A DNA stretch of 64,000 nucleotides from Balanoglossus misakiensis. Lineage: Eukaryota; Animalia; Hemichordata. The notes under the pieces are model-generated. The model saw only the letters and a list, made by a program, of their open reading frames with translations, was not told where the DNA came from and ran no database searches. Shown here piece by piece: positions 57,050-64,000 of the stretch (position 1 is its first letter; every line of letters begins with the position of its first letter). Both the position numbers and the translations under genes were made by a program. The stretch covers positions 1,488,001 through 1,552,000 of the forward strand of contig CM082590.2 of the NCBI GenBank assembly GCA_040954595.2, in the 5' to 3' direction.

Positions 57050-57129
57050 CTATAATATTTAAAGCCTTATAACTCCGCTCTAGAATATGCCTATTGTTAT
57101 AGGAGTGGGTCCGGGTTTTATGTTATGTT
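57050..57129 (-). repeat. Internal repeat B1 (80 bp)
   Basis: Exact direct repeat of 56704-56783. Confidence 0.93.
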
Positions 57130-57341
57130 ATGCGAAACTCCCTGCTTTATGGATGCACAACTTTTCCTATTTCCCACCCAATCCTTTAATACCCATACAC
57201 ACCCACTCCTACACCCATAATATATATGAAAACACGTGTCAATTCTAAGATATGAACTTTATTCTTGCTACGATTACGTACAGAAATCAAGCCCCATACA
57301 TCTGTAAATTAGGTTATTGTGCCATTAAGGAGCGGACTGGT

Positions 57342-58040
57342 TTAGAATGCCATAGTGAAGTCTGTTAGATCATTCGCCTGTTCGTAGTTTCGCGTCAGGA
57401 TCTCTCCTGCATCAGTCACCTCTTTTAACTTCTGGGCTGGTCCTTGGGCCGCTGACACAGAAGATAGTTTGGTGTAATGATTGGCTGTATCTTCTGAACG
57501 CCAACCTATGTGACGCATAAGCTCACTCAACTCCACCCCCGCCAAGGATAATGTGATCGCGCATGCGCTTCTGAGACTGTGTGGTGTTTCCCCTCTATCC
57601 ATGTTTAGCTCCTGTAGGTACACTTTGAGGCGACTGTACGCTGTTTGGGATGATAGAGGGCGTTGCTCGACTTCACCGCTCGGGGTTGTTGGCCGAAATA
57701 GATGACCTCTGCGCAAGTTTACCCCAATCCTTTCCGCCAATGTGATGTATTGTTCTACAGCGTGTACTGGGCAAATATCCACATCTTTACATCGTTTAAG
57801 GGCAAACATATTTGAAGATGCGCCCCTCAAGGTTTTTCCATAGGTGTGATTGAAAATGAAGCCGGAGTTGTCTGGAAAACGTAGAATTTCTTGTGTTTTT
57901 ACATGCCCCAGATCACCCGCCCTGTCGCCGGAAAATGCAAGTACTTTAAAGAACGCTAAATCCCTGGCCAGTATGTAAATTTGGGTGAGCGATCTTGCTA
58001 CGTCTAGCTTACTTAATACGTGGTTGAATATACGTTTCAT
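57342..58040 (-). CDS. Tyrosine recombinase, catalytic domain (copy 1)
   Basis: Catalytic residues are intact: SGDRAGDL (R), GKTLR (K), HSLR, HIGW and the NHY nucleophile. The frame extends upstream as ISEEQARAHITPRQAKPLFLEK. Confidence 0.93.
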   Translation of the reverse strand: MKRIFNHVLSKLDVARSLTQIYILARDLAFFKVLAFSGDRAGDLGHVKTQEILRFPDNSGFIFNHTYGKTLRGASSNMFALKRCKDVDICPVHAVEQYITLAERIGVNLRRGHLFRPTTPSGEVEQRPLSSQTAYSRLKVYLQELNMDRGETPHSLRSACAITLSLAGVELSELMRHIGWRSEDTANHYTKLSSVSAAQGPAQKLKEVTDAGEILTRNYEQANDLTDFTMAF

Positions 58041-58045
58041 TTTTT

Positions 58046-58600
58046 CTAGAAACAGTGGTTTAGCTTGTCTAGGGGTAATATGTGCTCTGGCTTGTTCTTC
58101 CGATATTTTTTTACGTACCTAAATACCATCGTGGATTTTGCCGGGTTTGCATTATTCGACACTGAGTTGAAACAGACGCCGAGTTTTGAAACCATGTTTT
58201 TTATTGTACTTGATTTCAGTCGTCTGGGGCAATGACACGGCATTGTACCTGTCCTTCCATAAAAGTCACAAGTATCAACGTGTATTTGCGTTTTAGCGTC
58301 TTTATCCTTGTATATTAGGAATCTGACGACATCCTCAGGTTTTGCCGTTATGAAATTGGTAGTTGGTGATGTAGCGGCTAGAAACTGCTCGAACTGCTGT
58401 ATGAGTCTGTCTTTCTGTATTTCGTATAGTGATCTTTGACCGAGAACCTCATGCATGCGTCGGTTTATAGCCTGGATATCCGGCGGACTACCCTTCTTGT
58501 GACCCGTGTGTGGGGTTGTGAGAGAGACTAGGGTAGTAGAACATACATCACATTCAGTATTGGTGGTCTTGCTTGTAGTGCCACATATATAGCATATCAT
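58046..58600 (-). CDS. N-terminal part of the tyrosine recombinase (Cys motifs, core-binding/SAM-like region), joined to the catalytic ORF by a -1 frameshift
   Basis: CYICG...CDVC, PEDVVRFLIYKDKDAKTQIH...C...C.CPRRL...NPAKS. The ATG at 58600, directly after a splice acceptor, is preferred to the track's 58699 start. Confidence 0.8.
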   Translation of the reverse strand: MICYICGTTSKTTNTECDVCSTTLVSLTTPHTGHKKGSPPDIQAINRRMHEVLGQRSLYEIQKDRLIQQFEQFLAATSPTTNFITAKPEDVVRFLIYKDKDAKTQIHVDTCDFYGRTGTMPCHCPRRLKSSTIKNMVSKLGVCFNSVSNNANPAKSTMVFRYVKKYRKNKPEHILPLDKLNHCF

Positions 58601-58715
58601 CTGATGGGAGACAAAGGAAATACTATTGTAGTTTAGATGCGATATTGAGCCTAATATTGTCACATATGGATGCCATTGTGTCGAAATGTATTTGTACATT
58701 ATAATTACTGGGAAT

Positions 58716-59789
58716 TTAAGTGCTGGGTTTGAAAATCACTGCATATAAATCGCAGCGAAGTGGAAATTCATTGTAACCATTTCGCGATGGCGCTTGAATG
58801 ACCCCTTCTTCTCCCTTTTTACCAATTAGCTTCGTGTGTGTTGCTTTTTGACGTATCAGTGGCCAGAACGGCTCCAAGAAGCGCCCTCTTGGGACTATGA
58901 CTGTGGCTGTATACCGTTTATCTACGATGTGTCGGAGGACCGCATGCACCAATGGAAATGGCGGGTAGACATATGAGGTTTCCTGCCTAGAAAATGTGTG
59001 CTGGAAAAAGTTTACACCTTCACTTCTGGTTTGCTGAAATGGGGAGACGAACCGTGTTAGTTTTGCATTTGAGCTGTTTGCCATTGCATCAACGTGGTGT
59101 GGGCCAAATTTCTCTTCCAGTAATTGCCACGCACGTGGAGACAGACTTGAATTCTTTAGTGAGATATCGCGAGATGCTCCATCAGCTTCGTTTTCTGCGG
59201 ACCTGACATGTATTAGCTTCAGTGTGACGTTGTTGTCCATGCAAAAACGAAATATTTTCCTGATAATTTCGTTGAGGGCGTTCGATTTGGTGCCTGGGAC
59301 TCCATTTGACCATACTTGGACCAGTGTCATAGAATCCACGTGTACATCGAGCCGCGTGTTCTTAACAGATCCCTGGAATGCGATCAGTGCTCGAGACAGC
59401 GCTTCCGCCTCCTTCAGGACGATTGGGTTTTGTCTCCATACTGTCTCCCACATATCACTGACAGCGGTATCCGTGGCTTCTGTGTCCGATCTATGTAATA
59501 CAGCACCCCATTTGTAAGAACTGGCGTCTGTAGACATGGTTACCCGGACATGGTTTTCAGTTGGCCAATGGAATGTCCTTGGGGTTGTGACCACTTGTAC
59601 CCACTCTTGCAATTCTTCTCTGAGTGGGCCTTTGATTGGCACCATGTACTTTGCCTGTTTATTTGCGGCAGCAATTGAGCGTGCCATCTGACGGATATAT
59701 AGACGAGCACACGGGATAGCAAGGGAGAACGAGACACACTTTCCCATGATCCTTTGTAGGGATGATAATGGAGCGATACGACCGTCCAA
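58716..59789 (-). CDS. pol: RNase H plus DIRS-type adenine methyltransferase-like domain (3' half of pol)
   Basis: RNase H motifs are TDAS..WGAV, LKEAEAL, VHVDS and ENEADGASR. MT-like motifs are GPHHVDAMA...N.KL.RF.SP, GVNFF and YVYPPF. Confidence 0.9.
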   Translation of the reverse strand: MDGRIAPLSSLQRIMGKCVSFSLAIPCARLYIRQMARSIAAANKQAKYMVPIKGPLREELQEWVQVVTTPRTFHWPTENHVRVTMSTDASSYKWGAVLHRSDTEATDTAVSDMWETVWRQNPIVLKEAEALSRALIAFQGSVKNTRLDVHVDSMTLVQVWSNGVPGTKSNALNEIIRKIFRFCMDNNVTLKLIHVRSAENEADGASRDISLKNSSLSPRAWQLLEEKFGPHHVDAMANSSNAKLTRFVSPFQQTRSEGVNFFQHTFSRQETSYVYPPFPLVHAVLRHIVDKRYTATVIVPRGRFLEPFWPLIRQKATHTKLIGKKGEEGVIQAPSRNGYNEFPLRCDLYAVIFKPST

Positions 59790-59796
59790 TACTTGG

Positions 59797-60891
59797 TTAA
59801 CTAGCGTTATAAAAGTATGCCTCGTCGGGTATTGAGAATGCGTTGGCTACTGTGTCGACGGTCATACCCAGCATAATTAGAGACTGTGTTGGCCTGAGGA
59901 CGCTCTTATCTAAAGATATAAAATATCCCGCATCTATACATAACTTGATTAATATATAGGCCGCAGCTTCAGTGAGTTGGTACCTGGTCCATTCGTTGTC
60001 GGTAGTTGCTTGTGGTAAGTATAGTGCGCCCACATGTCTGTCGTCGATGTACTGTATACATGGTACGCCAAGAGACCTCGCATAGCTGGTAATACAGTAT
60101 CCCACGTTCTGGTATATGAAGGCGGATAATTTCCATCCAAACGGTAGAGTGTTGTTCACATACCAGGATCCCGCCCACTGGAAACCAACGTAACGCCTTT
60201 CGTCCTCTGCCAGTAGGATGTGATCGTATCCGCTCTTGTCATCGCATTTTATTTGATAATCACACGATTGCAGGTATTTTGAAACTTCTATCAGCTTATC
60301 CAATTTAAAAGGCATGTCCTTCATCCAAAGGTTGAGAAATCTCATATCGATACATAGACGAGGCTTTTGGGGTTCAATTGTGATGGGCATAACTATATGA
60401 GGGGGAGGGGCACACCCTACTCTGCCCCACACCGAAATGGCTCCAGACTTGATTCTATCTTGCAGGGTATTAGCAATAAATTCTCCAAATTTACTACAAT
60501 TCGGGTTGTTGTAAAATAACTTGTGAGGGGGTGTATCGTGATCGTATTCGACTCCTTTAAATTGTCCCGAAAAGTGACGAGTGTAATCCGAGATTTTGAC
60601 TTTCTCCCGCAACCATGACATAACTAAGTCTTTGTTGTCTAGCCCATTTGTGATGCGATCCCATTCTTGAAGATGTTGATGGACTTCACCAGCCTTAAAT
60701 TCAGCTGGATTTCTATAATTTAACTCTTGGGGGCGGGACAGGGTTCTTCCAAAGGCGACCTCTTCGACAGCTGGATTCCCTCCCATCACTTCCTGTCTGG
60801 GGGCGCCCTCCCATGATACCCATGAATACGAGACACGTCCACCACTTGCTTGATGAACGGGGTAGTTCATTTCCCACTGTGGGGTCAAAAA
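59797..60891 (-). CDS. pol: Reverse transcriptase (5' half of pol), out of frame with RNase H near 59815
   Basis: KPRLCIDMRFLN, KCDDKSGYDHI, LPFGWKLSAFIY, YIDD, KSVLRPTQ...LGMTVDT. Confidence 0.93.
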   Translation of the reverse strand, partial: FLTPQWEMNYPVHQASGGRVSYSWVSWEGAPRQEVMGGNPAVEEVAFGRTLSRPQELNYRNPAEFKAGEVHQHLQEWDRITNGLDNKDLVMSWLREKVKISDYTRHFSGQFKGVEYDHDTPPHKLFYNNPNCSKFGEFIANTLQDRIKSGAISVWGRVGCAPPPHIVMPITIEPQKPRLCIDMRFLNLWMKDMPFKLDKLIEVSKYLQSCDYQIKCDDKSGYDHILLAEDERRYVGFQWAGSWYVNNTLPFGWKLSAFIYQNVGYCITSYARSLGVPCIQYIDDRHVGALYLPQATTDNEWTRYQLTEAAAYILIKLCIDAGYFISLDKSVLRPTQSLIMLGMTVDTVANAFSIPDEAYFYNAS

Positions 60892-60926
60892 CTGAAACAA
60901 AAGGAAAACAGCAAAGCTTAGGACAC

Positions 60927-60950
60927 TTTTTTTTTTTTTTTTTTTTTTTT
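60927..60950 (-). repeat. T24 tract (A24 on the element strand) in the gag-pol spacer
   Basis: Directly visible homopolymer. Confidence 0.9.
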
Positions 60951-61152
60951 CGAGGGCGACCCCCCAGACAGGACCCTGCGAAGGCAGGTTGCTTTTAAAG
61001 GCATAGGGCTGTTATTGTTAGCCCCCCTGTCCGAAGGGAAAAGGAAAATAAACTACACAAACACTGAGATTACAGAGTCATATTACTTATTTATTTTTTT
61101 TTAATATTTCAATGCATCATCGGAAAAGTTATACGATTATCAGTACAATACA

Positions 61153-61683
61153 TTATTTTTTGTCGGGGCAGTCCCTCGCAATGTGCCCCAACTTCGCACA
61201 TACAAAGCATTTAATTCCGGATTTGTCAGCCGAATTTCTTGGTTGCTCTCTTCTATAGTAGGGAGAATACGGTGTGCGGTTATATGATGCACGAAGTGGA
61301 TAGGGCATATATCGTCCCGATTCATATTGAGAGAACTGATTAGATGAGCCCGAGTGTTTCATAAACTTGTACACTTTTGAAGCTATTTCTTCCTCTTCTT
61401 TATTTCCCAATAATAGAATAATTAATCTCCCCGCATCTTCCCCGAAATCGGTAGATTCAAATTGGGAGAGCACCGCTCGAAAACGATGCAATTTTGGATG
61501 TGCGGTGGCTGTCGCTCTGTCGACCAGTGCCCTCAAAGCATTAAGTAGTTGGGTTCTGGATGCGACTGCTGGATTGTGGGCCATCTCCATTAGCTTTTGT
61601 AAAGCCTCTTCGACAGATGCTGTCCCAGCATTCTTTTCCAATAACAGTAGTTTCTGTTTCAGCTCCAATAGCTGTTCCTTCAC
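61153..61683 (-). CDS. gag: Gag-like protein with C-terminal CCHC zinc knuckle (probably lacking its first exon)
   Basis: CFVCAKLGHIARDC. The ORF begins at GTG immediately after ...gtttgtattgtag. Confidence 0.85.
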   Translation of the reverse strand: MKEQLLELKQKLLLLEKNAGTASVEEALQKLMEMAHNPAVASRTQLLNALRALVDRATATAHPKLHRFRAVLSQFESTDFGEDAGRLIILLLGNKEEEEIASKVYKFMKHSGSSNQFSQYESGRYMPYPLRASYNRTPYSPYYRREQPRNSADKSGIKCFVCAKLGHIARDCPDKK

Positions 61684-61850
61684 CTACAATACAAACACCG
61701 TTTTGTAATGAGTACATCACAGTAACACTAACGCCCATGTACAAAGGTTAACATTATTTTGAATCAATTCTCCTTCCTTTCAGAGCCTCGTACCTTCATT
61801 TCATTATGAGCCTCATTGCTTCATTATTGTTATTTTGTATACACATACAT

Positions 61851-62019
61851 CTATTTCAATAACCGAGCTCCACTGCTCTATTTCAATAACCGAGCTCCAC
61901 TGCTCTATTTCAATAACCGAGCTCCACTGCTCTATTTCAATAACCGAGCTTCACTGCTCTATTTCAATCATCGAGCTTCACTGCTCTATTTCAATCATCG
62001 AGCCCCAATGCTCTGTTTC
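61851..62019. repeat. 27-bp minisatellite, 6 copies plus a partial copy, in the element's 5' region
   Basis: The unit ctatttcaataaccgagctccactgct shows progressive variants. Confidence 0.92.
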
Positions 62020-62046
62020 ATAAAACTGGGCCGCATTGTTCTATCG

Positions 62047-62122
62047 AATATTTAAAGCCTTATAACTCCGCTCTAGAATATGCCTATTGTTATAGGAGTG
62101 GGTCCGGGTTTTATGTTATGTT
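62047..62122 (-). repeat. Third copy of repeat B (B1 of copy 2)
   Basis: aatatttaaagcc...ttatgttatgtt, preceded by ctatcg instead of ctat. Confidence 0.9.
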
Positions 62123-62334
62123 ATGCGAAACTCCCTGCTTTATGGATGCACAACTTTTCCTATTTCCCACCCAATCCTTTAATACCCATACACACCCACT
62201 CCTACACCCATAATATATATGAAAACACGTGTCAATTCTAAGATATGAACTTTATTCTTGCTACGATTACGTACAGAAATCAAGCCCCATACATCTGTAA
62301 ATTAGGTTATTGTGCCATTAAGGAGCGGACTGGT

Positions 62335-63033
62335 TTAGAATGCCATAGTGAAGTCTGTTAGATCATTCGCCTGTTCGTAGTTTCGCGTCAGGATCTCTCC
62401 TGCATCAGTCACCTCTTTTAACTTCTGGGCTGGTCCTTGGGCCGCTGACACAGAAGATAGTTTGGTGTAATGATTGGCTGTATCTTCTGAACGCCAACCT
62501 ATGTGACGCATAAGCTCACTCAACTCCACCCCCGCCAAGGATAATGTGATCGCGCATGCGCTTCTGAGACTGTGTGGTGTTTCCCCTCTATCCATGTTTA
62601 GCTCCTGTAGGTACACTTTGAGGCGACTGTACGCTGTTTGGGATGATAGAGGGCGTTGCTCGACTTCACCGCTCGGGGTTGTTGGCCGAAATAGATGACC
62701 TCTGCGCAAGTTTACCCCAATCCTTTCCGCCAATGTGATGTATTGTTCTACAGCGTGTACTGGGCAAATATCCACATCTTTACATCGTTTAAGGGCAAAC
62801 ATATTTGAAGATGCGCCCCTCAAGGTTTTTCCATAGGTGTGATTGAAAATGAAGCCGGAGTTGTCTGGAAAACGTAGAATTTCTTGTGTTTTTACATGCC
62901 CCAGATCACCCGCCCTGTCGCCGGAAAATGCAAGTACTTTAAAGAACGCTAAATCCCTGGCCAGTATGTAAATTTGGGTGAGCGATCTTGCTACGTCTAG
63001 CTTACTTAATACGTGGTTGAATATACGTTTCAT
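62335..63033 (-). CDS. Tyrosine recombinase catalytic domain (copy 2)
   Basis: Protein identical to 57342-58040. Confidence 0.93.
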   Translation of the reverse strand: MKRIFNHVLSKLDVARSLTQIYILARDLAFFKVLAFSGDRAGDLGHVKTQEILRFPDNSGFIFNHTYGKTLRGASSNMFALKRCKDVDICPVHAVEQYITLAERIGVNLRRGHLFRPTTPSGEVEQRPLSSQTAYSRLKVYLQELNMDRGETPHSLRSACAITLSLAGVELSELMRHIGWRSEDTANHYTKLSSVSAAQGPAQKLKEVTDAGEILTRNYEQANDLTDFTMAF

Positions 63034-63038
63034 TTTTT

Positions 63039-63593
63039 CTAGAAACAGTGGTTTAGCTTGTCTAGGGGTAATATGTGCTCTGGCTTGTTCTTCCGATATT
63101 TTTTTACGTACCTAAATACCATCGTGGATTTTGCCGGGTTTGCATTATTCGACACTGAGTTGAAACAGACGCCGAGTTTTGAAACCATGTTTTTTATTGT
63201 ACTTGATTTCAGTCGTCTGGGGCAATGACACGGCATTGTACCTGTCCTTCCATAAAAGTCACAAGTATCAACGTGTATTTGCGTTTTAGCGTCTTTATCC
63301 TTGTATATTAGGAATCTGACGACATCCTCAGGTTTTGCCGTTATGAAATTGGTAGTTGGTGATGTAGCGGCTAGAAACTGCTCGAACTGCTGTATGAGTC
63401 TGTCTTTCTGTATTTCGTATAGTGATCTTTGACCGAGAACCTCATGCATGCGTCGGTTTATAGCCTGGATATCCGGCGGACTACCCTTCTTGTGACCCGT
63501 GTGTGGGGTTGTGAGAGAGACTAGGGTAGTAGAACATACATCACATTCAGTATTGGTGGTCTTGCTTGTAGTGCCACATATATAGCATATCAT
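63039..63593 (-). CDS. Tyrosine recombinase N-terminal part (copy 2)
   Basis: Identical to copy 1, including the A7 run. Confidence 0.8.
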   Translation of the reverse strand: MICYICGTTSKTTNTECDVCSTTLVSLTTPHTGHKKGSPPDIQAINRRMHEVLGQRSLYEIQKDRLIQQFEQFLAATSPTTNFITAKPEDVVRFLIYKDKDAKTQIHVDTCDFYGRTGTMPCHCPRRLKSSTIKNMVSKLGVCFNSVSNNANPAKSTMVFRYVKKYRKNKPEHILPLDKLNHCF

Positions 63594-63708
63594 CTGATGG
63601 GAGACAAAGGAAATACTATTGTAGTTTAGATGCGATATTGAGCCTAATATTGTCACATATGGATGCCATTGTGTCGAAATGTATTTGTACATTATAATTA
63701 CTGGGAAT

Positions 63709-64000
63709 TTAAGTGCTGGGTTTGAAAATCACTGCATATAAATCGCAGCGAAGTGGAAATTCATTGTAACCATTTCGCGATGGCGCTTGAATGACCCCTT
63801 CTTCTCCCTTTTTACCAATTAGCTTCGTGTGTGTTGCTTTTTGACGTATCAGTGGCCAGAACGGCTCCAAGAAGCGCCCTCTTGGGACTATGACTGTGGC
63901 TGTATACCGTTTATCTACGATGTGTCGGAGGACCGCATGCACCAATGGAAATGGCGGGTAGACATATGAGGTTTCCTGCCTAGAAAATGTGTGCTGGAAA
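63709..64000 (-). CDS. pol: C-terminal MT-like end of pol (copy 2, partial)
   Basis: Identical to the C-terminus of 58716-59789. Truncated by the window edge. Confidence 0.85.
   Translation of the reverse strand, partial: FQHTFSRQETSYVYPPFPLVHAVLRHIVDKRYTATVIVPRGRFLEPFWPLIRQKATHTKLIGKKGEEGVIQAPSRNGYNEFPLRCDLYAVIFKPST

Larger units (their letters stand above)
56704..62046 (-). mobile_element. Tyrosine-recombinase retrotransposon with split direct repeats (PAT/Ngaro architecture, MT-bearing), copy 1
   Basis: Gene order on the minus strand is gag(CCHC)-RT-RNaseH-MT-YR. The 3' end reads B1-A2-B2. No 5' A1 repeat is present before copy 2. Confidence 0.93.
62047..64000 (-). mobile_element. Second tandem copy (3' part) of the YR retrotransposon, continuing beyond the window
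   Basis: Appears identical to 57054-59007 (offset 4993). The translated ORFs are identical. Confidence 0.93.

Noticed and set aside
57342-58040. Phage integrase or prophage
   Set aside because: It is linked to gag-CCHC, RT and RNase H with split direct repeats, which identifies a eukaryotic YR retrotransposon.
58994-61751. Plus-strand and alternative-frame short ORFs overlapping pol and gag
   Set aside because: These are shadow ORFs of the minus-strand genes and have no motifs.
61816-62055. Repetitive peptides (YFNNRAPLL)n and (SISITELHC)n
   Set aside because: Artefacts of a 27-bp minisatellite read antisense to the element.

Overview
Eukaryotic (animal-like, probably marine invertebrate; inferred) heterochromatic window with no host genes recognised. 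Bases 1-47930 are a homogeneous head-to-tail satellite of about 360 copies of a 130-bp monomer, with 42-bp sub-duplication variants, local higher-order repeats and an abrupt right edge. The flank holds an internally deleted TIR transposon with Academ-like Cys8/CXC remnants (48802-52140) and a degenerate ~40-46-bp minisatellite. It also holds the 5' part of a DIRS-type retrotransposon on + (gag with one premature stop, start of pol). That pol is interrupted at ~56704 by a minus-strand split-direct-repeat (PAT/Ngaro-architecture) tyrosine-recombinase retrotransposon encoding gag-CCHC, RT, RNase H-methyltransferase and YR. This element is present as a head-to-tail pair with a 4993-bp period. The most notable observation is that its non-overlapping gag, pol and YR ORFs each begin exactly at a phase-0 splice acceptor. 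In addition, the pol acceptor and an A24 tract sit in the loop of a predicted long hairpin, the YR gene needs a -1 shift at an in-phase A AAA AAA heptamer, and the target site mimics the element's own A/B junction.
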